Of a stretch of DNA of 64,000 nucleotides, positions 36,451 to 50,207 are shown piece by piece; positions within the stretch are counted from its first letter, which is position 1; every line of letters begins with the position of its first letter. The DNA lies in assembly GCF_009834535.1 (NCBI RefSeq), contig NC_045697.1, forward strand, positions 100,194,001 through 100,258,000, written 5' to 3'. Origin of the DNA: Camelus ferus (Eukaryota). A model generated the notes under the pieces. The model saw nothing but the letters and a program-made list of their open reading frames with translations. It had not been told where the DNA came from and did not search any database. Position numbers and translations under genes: made by a program.

Positions 36451-39034
36451 AAAAAAGATCAAGAATTCATATTTTAAGAAATGTTTTACTCATATACCCC
36501 ATGCACAGATGCACATTTTAAGGAAAACATAGTGCATTTTGTGTCAGCATTAACTAAATGCTTGTGTCAGGAACTGGACTTAGCACTAATTTGCCAGAGC
36601 AATTAATTATAATTAAGGTGTTCCTCTCTTTATACAATGTAATTGTTGACCCCAAATTCTGCGTAAGTTATTTTTTTCTTGAATCATATTTTAAAAGTAA
36701 TGTAGTATACTATACTACTATTTTAAAATCTCCTATTAATAGCCCTTGATAAAGAAGGGAATCTTTCTACACAACATATTTTAAGAAACTGTGATTTTTC
36801 ACATGCTACATTTTCTAGAAACAAGATATAAACATATATCTGTGAAAGCAGCTATTTTTACAGTTGTTGTTAACATAAATTTCAAAATAATACCTAAACA
36901 CCTGCCCGGGCCCTTAAAATAGAAGTGTCCACTGTATTCAATTTTAGCTTTGAGTTTCATTTTGGAACAAGAGTACTTAGAATTTACGTATATCAGTGTG
37001 CGGACTATGATAGGCCTTCAACATGTTAATTCTTACCTAAAAAATTATATTTGTATAATTATAAGTTATATCTCAATTATGTTCTAAATAATTAAAATTA
37101 TATGTATAATTTTTGCATTATATATAAAAATAATTTTAAAATAATTTAGTTAAAGTCTGGAAGGATATGACCAAAAGGGTTCACAGTGGTTATGTTTGAG
37201 TGGGGACGTTAAGAGTTTGTTCCTTCTCCATAAATGAATTGATTTTATCTATATGCAATTAATACATATTAGCAATATACTTATAAAAAGAGAAAACATT
37301 CATTAAAAAACATTAGTTGAACAATTAAAACAACTATCATTTCAGTTTGGTTTCCCCTATATAAAGATGTTGAAAAATATTAAATATTTCCTTATGTGAC
37401 TAAGCTACCCTAGCTTTTATAAATATGCCCAGTATTCTGAAATATTCTTTAAAAAATTACCTTTTTGAAAGACAGTATTCTTACAAAAAGACAGTAAGAT
37501 TTCTTTGGCCAACATGTGTTCATTCATATCAATACAAGATTTTCCAAAATCCTACTGGCTCTAGAGAAAATGGAATTGAATGCTATTCCTTAAATTTCAA
37601 TACATTTGATGGCATTGCTGTTACACTCTTGATCAGAGCACCGACAAAAAAAAAATTTTGTTTGTCAATGTGAAATTTGTAGTTTAATTCTATACATGAA
37701 AGAAATCAACATATCACAACCACTGATGTAGGTGTCAAAATTAAGCATTGTCCAACTGGAGGCTCTGAGAGCCAAAGTGGGTTATTTGATTAAAAAATAA
37801 TACAGGATTAGGTATCTCAACCATTTAGATTCCCCAGCTGGGTGTTTCTAGCCACCCAGACATGATGATGGTGACAGAAACAACTAATTATAGTTCCTAA
37901 TCAAGAATCACAAGGGGACTGATGACTGAAAACAGATTACTGAAAAGTCATTCTGTTTGGTTTTAGAATAAAGTTGTGATTTGTTTGGCAAATTTGTTCT
38001 CATTACTCCGAGAGTAAGCAATTCAGTCACACGCAGAGGAATCAAAAGAAACTGGTCAGTATTCACTTCCTTTTTTTAAAAAAACTATAAAGCAAATACC
38101 TCACGTTAAGGTAAGTAAGAGCACAATGCTTAGTTTGCTTTCTCTGTTTGCAGGAACAGTCTGCTTGATGACTACCTCTCTGATCCCTTAAAACACAGTA
38201 AGTGCCCATGAAAGTCCTGCTGGACAGTCACTGAGCTGCCAGACCACCACCTCCGCTCTCGATACGCATTTTTCCTGTTGACCAGCCCCACTGCCTCCCA
38301 GGCAACTTCCCTGTGCCGTGATAACCCTGCTACATGCAACAGCAGTGCCTACAACAAAGCCTGGTATCTGACCTCCTAACCCTCCAACAGCACCAAAACC
38401 CTTTTGCTCTGAAAGCGGTGGGCATGAAGACGCAACTCTACCGTGCAGGACTGCAAACTCCCAGTGATTTCTCCTAATTCAATACAGCATCGTTTGCCCT
38501 TTGACACAACTGAAATACTTAACTTTAAGCAACGATTGGAACCCACTGTGGCAGTATCCCATGAGCTACCTGATGAAACAAATCTGTGCACAAAATAAAA
38601 GGTATACCTTGTCAATAAAATGTGGACACACAATCTGTATTCTGATCTTAATATACTAAATAGATTCATTCCTATTAAGATGACTGAACATCTAGTATGT
38701 CTATAATTGAAGATGTGGTCCCAAGGAAACCTTCAATAACAGGTTTCCTATTGTAAAATTACTACATACTCACTGTAGTTGTTTGGGAAATATACAAAGG
38801 AAGAAGAAAGGGAGGAAGGGGGGAAGTAGAGGGAAGAGTGGGAGGAGGAGGAAGGCTCAGCCTCACCAGGAATAATACTGTGAATATTCTGGCAGCTTTT
38901 TAAACTTGAGAGTATGATATGCCCTCTGATTTTTGGTCTGCCTTTTCCCACGAGATATGTCGCAAATGTATTTCGGTCAATATATAATGACTGGCATCAC
39001 GTGTAACAGCTGCACAGATTTCCATCCTGTTTGG

Positions 39035-39270
39035 CAGTTCCATGTAGCAACATGAAGGGCCTGCATTTGGAGCCAGACTGTCCCGTGTCTCAGTCCAGCC
39101 TCCATGGGTTTCAAAGAGTGTCACTCAACTGTGCTATGCCTCAATTTCCTCATCTGTGAAGTTGGGGGAACCCAGTAGCTACTTCATAGGATTATTGTGA
39201 AGATTAGTAAACATTGTAGGTTATGTATTTAGCACAGCACCAGTATATGGTAACATACTTCATAAACGTT
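39035..39270 (+). mobile_element. MIR
   Basis: ttggagccagactg..tatgcctcaatttcctcatctgtgaagttgggg..tacttcataggattattgtgaagatta. Confidence 0.85.
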
Positions 39271-41531
39271 AACCACTAAGTTTTCCCATCACCACAGTCA
39301 TGCCCACTGCTAAACTGTACAAGCTTCTTAAAGGCAGCAACTGTTGCTTTATGGGCGTTGAGGTCCCAGTGCTTGTCACAGAGCTGACATGTGATGAAAA
39401 TGTACAGAATGACTGAATGGATGAATTGCTGACTGTGTTAATGGCATCTAGGGGGGTTTTAGAGAACAGAAGACTAAATACCATTCAACATCTGCAGAGG
39501 ACTGTCATCTAGCCCCCCTCAGAACTCAGTGAGTTTGGTCGTGTTAGGCTTCTCTACAAAGCTTTGTGAGCAACAGGGGACAACATTTCGCCCCTGCCCC
39601 GGCTTGAGTGGTTTGTTCTGCTCTCCCTACTTTAAACCCACCATCTTCCTTTGGCTACAAAGTCTGCCCTGCTGTCCCCATTCCTTCTGAGTCACCCCCC
39701 TTCCCACTGGGACTTCCCTGGCCACCAACAAACCAGCCAGGGGACCACACATTCAGCCAAATCACTTATTCTTGAGGGTCCTCACCTGTATTCTGTGATA
39801 CTTTGACCCTTTCTGGATACAAATCTCAATGATTTGGGTTTTGCATCATTTCCAAAAAGTCTAAGTATACTAGGTTGAAACAAAACTGACTGATCAGTCA
39901 TCGAATGGAAAGTTCTCTTGCTGATTTGTTTTCAGTCACAGAGTCACCTTTTTTTTTTTTAATTTAACAAAAGTGTATAAACTTCATCAGAAGTTTAACG
40001 GTTTTATCCCAGGGCCAAATTTCCTGCATTTCTCTTTAGAATTCATCCAAGTTGCAGTTTCATATTTTTTGCAGTAACCTTTTCCTAACATTGCAGAAGT
40101 TTCTGTTGAATATCATCAATTATTAATTAAGAATTCTGGTTGAAATTTTAGCTTTCCCTGTATAGGCAAAGTAAGATGGAAAGCTGAGGTAAATTACGTG
40201 GAAATCTGAGATGTACAGAATCTGGCTATTTGGGGAAAGTTCACAAGATTATAAGAAATCATCTTTTATCTATGTTATCACACCTTAGAATAAGATACAC
40301 AACTTTAACATCTTTAGTGTTCATACCTTTGGTTTCTAATATTCTTAGCCAATTTTTTTTTTTAATTTTCAGAGAATAAAAGTATTTGATTAAAATTAAA
40401 ATAAAAATTCATAATAAAACTTGTTTACTTAATATTACAAAACTCTAAATATATATCCTTTGCTATGTGAACAAGTAGCACTAACATCTCCAAGTAACTT
40501 ATTTGATTGTAAGATGAAAAAAGGAATAATCTGGATTTAAGATTTTATTAAAGCTTCACTGCATCATACCTTTTTTGTAAGTAGCTTATATTTCAATTCC
40601 AATCATTCTGTTTTACTGAAAACACATTCATCTTCATGACTGAGAAAGCTGGCCATAAAACACTATTATATTAAAATCTATTTTAGCTTAGGAGACTCCA
40701 TGCATCATTACAGGTAATTGTCCATAGTATTTACTATGGTTACTGTGGGTTACTATGGCTAATTGTCAAATATGTGATAGATAAATCTGAAAATTAACAT
40801 AAATATCAAGAGGAAATATAGGCAGTGGTATGTAGGGGTTTTGGCCTTTTATCTGTGTTATTTAGTAGTGTAAATTATATCAAGCTATGAGAAATCCAAA
40901 AGGAAAAAAAGATGATGCTTCGTGTCAGCTCTCATATGCTGCTACAGCATGGATGTACATTCACATAAAGCCCCACAGAGATGCTGGCCTAAATTTTCAT
41001 CTTTTACGACAGCATGGAGGTTTCATTATCCTTTCCATACCATTTCAGGAAATACACTTTGAGCTAGTGAGCTATCTGCTCACATCTTGGGGACAAATAG
41101 AATACACTCTTAAAGAACAGAATGCTTGGGAAAAGGAACTCATGAATGCTAGATATTTCCTAGTATTTATATGGGAGCAAATGAAGTAACTTTTAAAAAT
41201 AATCAGACTAGTGGTATATACTATTTTAAGCCCAGTATGGTCCACAATAAACAAAACGCAATATGCCTCTTCTAAAAGATGGGAGATATGAACACAATAC
41301 ACATTAGTGAGAAAATGCCACTGAACTCATTGTAAAAGAAATCTGACTTGTCTCAGAGAAAATTAGCTACAGAGTCTCAAAGAAAAATGTCAAGAAATTC
41401 TTATCACTGCTTCAAAGGAACCCTGGTAAATGTAGGCTCACTTTGCCTAAAGAGCACAGCGGCCACTACACAGGAAAAAACATCAGAAATAAAAGACTCA
41501 TAAAATATAACACACAATATTTTATCATACT

Positions 41532-42499
41532 TTAAATGAGTCATTAGTAAATCTGCCTATTATAGCATATTCCGCCTACTCACAAAAGAATCTGAATTAA
41601 GCAGGCTCTACTTCAATTGATATAAATAAACCAAATTTCAAGTAAAGGAAATGTCTCCCCAAATATATAGATTTTAAAATTTATTGAAGCATTTAAGGAA
41701 AGAGAATCAATCAGATAATTATGAGCTGCAGAATTGTAATAAGCACACTTTTCTCAATAACCTGTTATCTTTCGACTTCTTAAAATTTGAAGATTTGGGA
41801 GACTTATTTTTATACTACAGTAGAAAATCAAACTTTTTAAAGTGAAAAGAGAAAACGAAATATATCATGCCCAAGGTAAAGATAGATACAAAATTCAAGT
41901 AAGGAAAACTATAGCAAAATCTATTTCTTAAATGCATGAGATGGTATTTTCCTTTTGGGGTTTTATGTAAAATTGTTATTGTTTTAAGTTTCTTTGTATT
42001 ATAAAAGAAAATACACACAGACATACACATACACAGACACAGACGATAGCCGGTTTGGAAGGTATAAATGTGTATAAAGCACTTGGGTTGAAAATCATTC
42101 ATAATATTCAGCTTAGAAGTAGCACCTTTGAACAACATGGCATCCAGCCAGCTGACCTTGTTTTTACACATTCTTCAGATAGTTGAGATTCAACTGTATT
42201 AGCAATTTTGTATTCTGGGTTTGTTGTTTTTTTTTTAACAGATAATGTTATATTTGTTGTTTTTTAAAAAAGAATCTTTGTAAAAATTGTAATGACCCAT
42301 TCATTCATAAATTTATTCATATAGATGCTGCATTAAGTGAGTTATTAGCAAATTAGTTCATTGATAGTATATTCCACCTCCTCACAAAAGGATCTGTATT
42401 ATGTAGATGCTACCTCAATTGATATAAACCAAATTTTAAAACTAAAGGATCTGCCTCCCAAAGGGACACAGATTTTAAATTCTACTCAAGCATACAAGG
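41532..42499 (+). repeat. Diverged direct duplication of ~165 bp (41532-41698 and 42333-42499)
   Basis: Colinear blocks tgagt.attag.aaat, atag.atattcc.cct.ctcacaaaag.atctg, tcaattgatata, aaaccaaattt, taaagga, agattttaaa, aagcat..aagg. Confidence 0.9.
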
Positions 42500-42770
42500 T
42501 TTCCTAAATCATCCCCTTTCTGTCCTTACAGTTATGTGTGTCAAAGTTTTTATTTTTTGATAAGCAACTGCAGACAAGTATCTTTGTACAGAAAGCAAAA
42601 TAATTTCCTTATGATAGAGTCTCAAAAGTTAAATTGGTAATACAAATTATTTTTAAAGTTCTTTTAAAAATTTTTTTTTTATTTTAAAGTTCTTAATAAA
42701 AATAAGCAAATTGCTTTTCTGAAAGAATGTCCCATCTCACATTTCCACCAGTCACAGGTGAAAGGTGCTG
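42170..42770 (-). mobile_element. Old L1ME-type fragment, interrupted by duplicate copy 42333-42499
   Basis: atagatgctgcattaa..|..tcatcccctt.., aatttccttatgataga.tctcaaaagt, aaattgcttttctgaaag..catttccacca. Confidence 0.5.
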
Positions 42771-43254
42771 CTTCGGAGCTGACATCATTTTATTTCAGTT
42801 CTTCAAGAAGGATCTGACAAAACCGGGACTATAAGTAAAAAGGATCTGCTTATTTAGAACATGCTACTGGACAAGTTATTATGCCAGACTCCAGGGATAC
42901 AAAAATAAATATTCTTTCCTTTGCAGATTTTACAGATTCTCACAGTTTAGAATGTGGATGTGTCCTGGTGTGTGTGCGTGTCTCTGATTGTGATAGTTGG
43001 GGGGTTTGTAATTACCAAAATTGAGTAACAAGTAGTCATACTCTTTATTTGAGTTGCAGGTTTTGCCTTTAGCCTTTCTTGCTCACTGAACTATAAGAAT
43101 GACTTTACAATGAATCCATGACAAAAAGTCCTAAGCAACTGAGCTCCGTAAACGGATATAATCAAAGTTAAAAAAACAACCAAGCAACTGACTAAACCAA
43201 ACAACCTCAACATTTCTTTTTATTCTTTCTTCTTTACTTTTAAAGCTCTACTTA

Positions 43255-43460
43255 ATAATCAGAAAAGACATACTGAACATTTGCCGTGTGGCAGGTGCTA
43301 CTCTAAGCACTTAGCATGCTTTAACAAATTCAATGCTGGCAACACCCCTATGTGGTAAAAAATACCAGTTCCCTCACTTTACATCTAAGAAAACCAAGGC
43401 CACACAGCAAGTAAGTGGCAGAGGTGGGATATGAATCTTTGTGGACTAAAAAAGGAAATC
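43255..43460 (-). mobile_element. MIR
   Basis: actgaacatttgccgtgtggcaggtgctactctaagcactt..cacttttacatctaagaaaaccaaggcc..gtaagtggcagaggtgggatatgaa. Confidence 0.8.
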
Positions 43461-46400
43461 ACACTAGTCTGCCTACCCACACAGTAGGCACTCGGAAAAG
43501 CTTAAGCATCATTGGCTATGTATGTTTCTATTGTGGCCTACAGCCTGTGGATATGGTGAGGTCAAGGGTGATGACTAGAACGTCTTGGGTGTTGCTTTCC
43601 TTCATTAAAAAAGTGAATTAGTGATATTTCCATTATACTCATATTAAAAAAAGAACCAATGACAAAATAAAAGCCAAAAACAAAAAGTAGTAACGTGGAG
43701 GGGGGGAATGGGAAGTAGGTAGTCTCTCTTAAGGATGATTTGTTGAATTAAAGGCAAGGCTGAGGGCTTGACACCGCGATGTGGTTTTTTTAAGTTACAA
43801 GTTCAACAGCCTGACCGATGGTTCTTAAATAAGTTCTCTGTCTATCACAGGGCTCAATGTCTCCAGATCAACCTGCTTCTCTAGTTTGAGGAGAGGATGC
43901 TTGCATCTGGGTTACTGTGATCTGAGGTGTGGGGCTGTCACAAACTTGGGATCAGTGTGTGAGAGGCAGAGGCAGCGAAGCAAAGTGTGAGGGAGAAACA
44001 CACAACATAAAGGAATTCCCTGAGACTATATCTGAATGTTTCTGACCCACCCTCTCAAAACAGGAAAATACTTTTTAAAATACTGAAACAGAGACAGTTC
44101 CTAGAATTAAGTATAGGGGGAAAAAATCCTTCCTGTTTATAATATATTTCTAGTTTTCTATACCAGTGGCTGTTAGGAAACCATTAAGAGATGGCTCCTA
44201 ATGAAAGGCTAACTTGAAAGGGCAGTGGATTAGGGTGTAAATGCTCTAAGAAGAAATTCATTATAATTCACTCTAAAGATAGACTCAGTAATTTAACAGT
44301 AATATTTCACAAGAGGTCAAACATCAGAAAAACTGGCTTTGATATCCTCAAGATCACTGGGGTATGAGACCCATGTTCATTCACTCCAATTGTCTATCGA
44401 ACTCCAGTTCCTTCAACACGTATGCCCTCCATCTAACCACTCCAAGTCATGCGACCCACATATGACCCCCCAAATAGAGACGGTGTGCAACTAGTACACC
44501 CATCTCCATCTGGACGCTGAAATTGGCTGGAATCCCATATCTTCACACAGTAACCTCAGAAAAGGCTGGCTTTCCTGAAGCTGCTCATGTTGAAATAATT
44601 CATTGCAGGCATTCTCCCTGCCTGGGTAGTTTCATCTTCCCAATCTCTTCACTGTGATTATCTCCTAACCCTTCTCAATGTTATTTGATTCATCCGATCC
44701 AAGTGCGTTCAATTTGGAAAGAGATGGATCAGCATGAACTTCCTCCTCCTACTGTTAAATTATTTCTCCTTATGACCCTTCTCCCCTGGATGCAGGAAGG
44801 GTAGAGTGAGGTCCAGCTGTTAAAAGCTATCGTTTGTTCAGTGTGTGTGTAAAAAACATGAATCCGTTTTTCAGTAATTTTAGCATTCTACAGATTGCAC
44901 TTCACATTTCAGAAGCAGATAATCTCCATGTTCTGTCAGGTCAGTTTATTCTTTGCAGCAATATCTACGTTTCCTTTCTATGGAGAAGGTGTTAAAAGGG
45001 ACCTTCAAACTGTGAGCAAGTGAGGAAAGAGCCATTCAGACACTGAAGCCTAATCTAAAAAAAGATATCAGTGCCACCTTTATGGAATGTTTTAGTTAGT
45101 TTACACTTCCAAAGTATTTTAAGTACAAATTCATTTTTATACTAAAGCAGTTATCCATATCAAGAACTCACATCGAAATGTTTTATTTTAAATCAAACAT
45201 ATGTGTTCTAAAATTTTCTAAGCAAAGGGCTATAGCACCTTACTTAGCCCTGGGCTATGACAGTTTGTGAAACTGAAAGGTCTCTGTAATATTAAATCTG
45301 TCTGAATATTTTTACAAATTTTTGCAAAGCAGATCTTTTCCCAAAACACTAAAGACACACAAAACTACAAAATATAAATAATGTAGAAGACTTGGTTGAC
45401 AACTAATGTAAATTAGTGTAAAGTCTGAATTATTAATACTGAGTACCCACTATATACATGTTTTTAAATAACTTCAGATTAATTACTTGCAAATAAGTTA
45501 TGGCTTGCCTAATTCCACCTTCATGTGGAATTGCTTTAATAACAGACAAAATAATCTGCTGTTAGAATACTAACTGCTTATTATTTATTAAAAAATGTAT
45601 ATAGAGTGATTGAAGTTGTCAATTTTTGTAGAAGTTTGGAGTCATTCTTAAGCTATTAGCATTCTAAGTTATTTTTTTTAAGAGAGAAAACAGGTCAGTC
45701 CTATCAGAAGTACCACAAATAGATCAACTTTACTGCAGCTCAGGCAATGAGTTGACAGGTTATTTTTTGGATTCATCCAAAGTCTGCGGCTGGGTCTGTC
45801 TATAACATGTTAGAAACAATCTAACATGCAAACACCAGAAAGTTCTAGACTGAGCATTTAGTGCCTGTTTTGACATGGTCAAAACCAGAGCAGGTGCACC
45901 TTGATTAAATTCAGGGCATGTTATCTTCTTGCTGGTGGGGAAAAAAACTCCTTGCTCCTAATGATCTACATTGGTTTTCATGATTGGCCAATAGCATCAC
46001 ATAATTATTTGGTTACTTGCCAAGTGACCCAACTACAAAGTACCAAAAGACGGTGTTTCAAAGCTTTCACCTTTGATTCCCATTTTCCAGTTCAAAGAGA
46101 GTAATTTCTCCTAAAAGTTTTTTATACTAAGATGGAAAATGTCTCAAGAAGCCCAGAGATGAAGCCAAATAAAAGAATTTTGCAATCATCTGAGGATATA
46201 GGTAGAACTTAAGGATCTCTATGGAAAAATTCACAAATAAGATATGTTACTACCATCGAGATAGAGTCAAGATACATTCTTCTCCATGAGCTAACTGGTT
46301 TCTGTCACTCAAATTTTTATGTGACAAGCTTTAGCAGTGAGATCAAGCAAACAAAAAAGTATTCCCCAGGTTATTACTGGTGGATTTTGTCTTTTAAAAA

Positions 46401-47159
46401 ACGGAAGAAGAAGACTGAACAGTGGAATATGGTCAATCATACTGTAATAACTCCATCTGGGGAAAGATGGTTCCTAGACTCAATGCGGTGATCGTTTCAT
46501 ACTATACGCAGATATCACATAACCAAGCAGTATAACTGAAACTACCAGAATAGTATGTGTTGGCTGCATTTCAATTAAAAAAAGAAAATTGTGTAGCATT
46601 TCCAGCTTCATCCTTAAGAGCTTAAGACCTTGAATACTTCTGCATTGTCAACAGGAAAAAAAAAAGGAAAAAGGAAAAGGAAGAAAATAAAGGCAGGTAG
46701 TGAGAGAGGAAGTAAGAGAAGGGGGAAGAAGGTGATTTCTTGCTGGAAAAAGCAAGAAACATTTGGCCTAGAGTTTAATTGATTTAAAATATGGTACAAG
46801 TCTAAATATGAGGTTTCTGAGTGTGGAACAGTCTCCTATGAAAGTACAGCTTTCTACAGCTCCTGAAGGGATGTGTGCCAGGAGGCACAGGGATAGTTTC
46901 ATGGGTGACAGAGCACCCACACACTTTTAGGAAGTACAGACGTTTTAATTGAAAGAGATCAGGACGAGAGCCTTGTTCCTTCAGAATAAAGACCATTTAC
47001 TGCTGAAATCGTGCCAGCACCGCATCTGCACAGTTCCAAAGCCCAAAAGCTAGAGAGCCAGGGCTGGCACCGATGAGCCCGGGGAGCATTTACTTGTTAT
47101 TTTCACAGGAGAAGAAAAATACAAGTGGGAGACTCTGCCACACTTCCAAGCAACTTCTA

Positions 47160-47295
47160 GGGCCGTGCTATTCAAATTTCAATGTGCATTTGAACCACCT
47201 AGGGGATCTTGTTAAAATGCAGATTCTGATTTAGTATGTCTGGGGTCTGAGACTCTGCACTGACGCTGAGACTCTGCATGAACACACTGGGGCAG
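47160..47295. mobile_element. MER5-family hAT-Charlie element
   Basis: aaccacctaggggatcttgttaaaatgcagattctgatttagta.gtctgggg..ctgagactctgca. Confidence 0.8.
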
Positions 47296-48489
47296 AAATG
47301 GTCCCGGGCACTAGCACTGAGGACCTTAATCACCCACAACGATGCAATGGTATCAAAAGGAACTGTTGCAACAGGGAGAGTGTTTTATATGTTGAAAGGG
47401 ACAGATAAATGTGCTTTATCTTATGAAAGGATGAAAATTTTTGCTACCCACTGACCACTTCTGGAAAACAGACACTGCGTTATCACAAACCTTGTTGCGG
47501 CTGAGGGTCTCTACAGAGTCACAGCCAGTTGCCATATGTTAATAGAGATAGTGCAGAACGATGATTCTAACGTCCGTTTCTCTAGCGTTTTGTGGTTCGG
47601 GCATGTGTGTTTTTAGTGGAACAAAAAAGAAAGGAAGAGTTACGTATGCATTCAAAATACATCTATTAAGTTGCTTTTATTGAACATGCTAACTCTGTAA
47701 TATCAGTGATGTAATATCTGTATACCATCAAGTAGCATATAAAAAGGCACTCACAAATAGAATTGCATTTTAAAATAGTTTTTGTATAAACTTTTGAAAA
47801 CTGTAAATTATAAAATAGACAGATATGAGAGGTATGCCCGTACCATCCCTGCCCCAAGTTAACGTCAGTTCTCAACCTGATTTTTGTTCGATTTCTCCTC
47901 AGTGCGCCACCATGACCTATGAGCAGGACAGCATCATATCCAGTCTGGCTCCTTCTTGCTAAATCACCCCTAAGAGTCACAGCCCTAAAGCAAAGAGAGC
48001 TTCAATATTTAAAAACAATGAAGTTGTATTGTTTTGAATCACTACACCTTCTCCACTGAAAGTTTCTCCCTTATGCTTTATATTTGTCAATATTATCCAC
48101 CTTGTTTGATAGTTAAGCCATCACAGAGGACTGTCCACACTGGTTCTGCTACCCCTGAGTTCTCAGGAATCAGGGTGTTGTATTGGTCAGTGGGGATGTT
48201 AACCACAGCTACTGTGGCAGAGCTAGCGACACGGGACCCAGCAGAAGAGAAGAGGAAGAAGAAGAAGCAACTGGAGTGGAAAGAGCCTTGGATGGGGGGA
48301 AGTGGCACCCCCCCAGGGCAGCTGCAGCCAGTCTCAGCTTTCTGGAAGAGCCACGGAAAGCGGCCGTGACCATCCCAGAGACAAGAACTCAAGGGGGCGA
48401 TCTTGAGATCTGACCAGGCAACTCCTCTGCTTTGGATCCAAAGCAAACATCTCAAGCCTCATCCCTGAGGTAAAACGTCAGAAGATCAA

Positions 48490-48650
48490 CTCTTATCTGC
48501 ATCTGAGATCCTTGTGTCTCAGTTTCTTACTTGTTGGAACACAGCAATAATGCCACCTACTCCACTCCCAGCTCATGGGGGATGCAGAATAAGATGAGAT
48601 ACTATGAATAAAAGACTCAGAAAAGAGAAAGGACTATGCTATTCATCATT
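48490..48650 (+). mobile_element. MIR fragment
   Basis: tgtgtctcagtttcttac..gcaataatgccacctac..gaataagatgagatac. Confidence 0.55.
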
Positions 48651-49439
48651 AATTATGACTTACAATACTTAACCACTGTATTTTAAATTTATCACCTGCA
48701 TTGCTACATGGATCCTAGCAGCCAACTGAAATGTGGTGCTCAGTGAAAAAGCCTGGGGGGATATGGCAGACAAGTCTCGTTTTTCAATTTAAATTCCACA
48801 TGATTATTTTTTTTTGTCTGATCAATTGATCTGGTACTCATCTCTACCACCTGAGCTCCATGGAAGACCAGAAATGCAAGTAAGATAGACGTTCTAGCAA
48901 AGATATGATGGATGAATAGGGTTGTCCAGGCTAAGAGAGGGCAGGGGCAGGGGCCTGGGAAAGAACCAGAAGCTGGTGGGACCTGACAGTGTTCAGCTCA
49001 GGCAGCTGCAGCACCAGGCAGGGTGAAGATTCTGGGAGTGGACGACTGTCTGTGGGACTCTCCCCAGCCTGGACTTCTGGGGCAAGCCGAAGGATCTGGT
49101 AGTTTGAAGGCAGCGAAGGAAAGTGCAGCCAGTATACAGAGACCATGGCATAATTCAGTGTAATTACTGAACTTGAACTTTGAGAACACATTACTGTTAA
49201 AATAATACCCAGTGAATACAATCTATTAAGAAGCGGCTGATAGTAAGCAACAACCTTCAAGCAGAGAACTGGGTTTTGGCACCATGCAGGTCACAGCCAC
49301 AATGGCTGGCAGGTAAGGCTGGCCTAGCTGGTTGTGCGGCATTACCGCAGACGGCTGACAGGAGAGGGCCGGGGGAACCTGATGGGCAGAATGTGAACCG
49401 GTGACTCCAGGATTATTCTTGATGGCGGGCTAGATGCCT

Positions 49440-49880
49440 CTATCCGTCAGGGTCATGTTTGAAAAACAGAAACCGCTCTCAGTATTTCAAACAAAGGAAA
49501 CTGGTTCACAAGGGAAAGGTGAAAAGTAAACAGGGGAGTTGGAGGCCACCTAGAGATTAGCATTTGCAGGAAGTTTCTACCACTCCTGGGACTGGAGAAG
49601 TAAGAAGGAGTATGTTATTAAAGCCCAGAGGTTGGGGCTGGCTTGTAGGATCTAGACCCAAAGGTAAGGCTGCCCAGTGGAGAGAAGCCACAAAACAGAC
49701 AAAACACTCCAGAGATGCTACCCAGATCGTAATGACAGAGAAATATCCTGGCTTCTCCTAGACCTGCTCCATCAGTGCTTCCCATTGTCAAATCCGCCTG
49801 GAAACCAGCCGGCAAGGACCCTGGGATGCTCGTGGGATACAGGAAGGGTGGGCGGTGGTTCTGACAGCTGACTGGCAGAT
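49440..49880 (-). mobile_element. ERVL solo LTR (LTR33-group-like)
   Basis: gtcagggtc..aaacagaaaccgctctcagtatttcaaaca..; cagtgcttcccattgtcaaatcc.cctggaaaccagccggcaagg. Confidence 0.55.
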
Positions 49881-50207
49881 GATGGAGAGCAAGGCTTCAG
49901 CTGGTCGGGTCATCCGGTCAGCTAACCCCTCACACTGCTCTCACACACCCAGACAACCGTCCCAATACCATTTGTTCAGTGAAAAGAGACTGTCCACTGA
50001 CCAGCACGCTGAGTATTCCACTTCCCTTGGCAACTAAATTTCTGACTGTAAACTGACAAACTGGAATTCTTGCAGCTTAGAGTCTCCCCTTTTTGTTACT
50101 GAGATTCAGTCTCCCTGGATGCAAATCAAGATCTTGGTCCTAAAAAACCGAATCTAGACCAAAATCTCCCAACCAAGGCTAGCCCTGGTTTCGGGCTGCC
50201 TCTAGAG

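Noticed and set aside
38108..38153. AAG|GTAAGT donor and tttgcag acceptor
   Set aside because: Only ~43 nt apart, too short for a mammalian intron, with no supported exon on either side.
48034..48455. Overlapping ORFs with poly-E/K stretch
   Set aside because: Driven by a short (GAA)n purine run; no convincing splice sites or family similarity.
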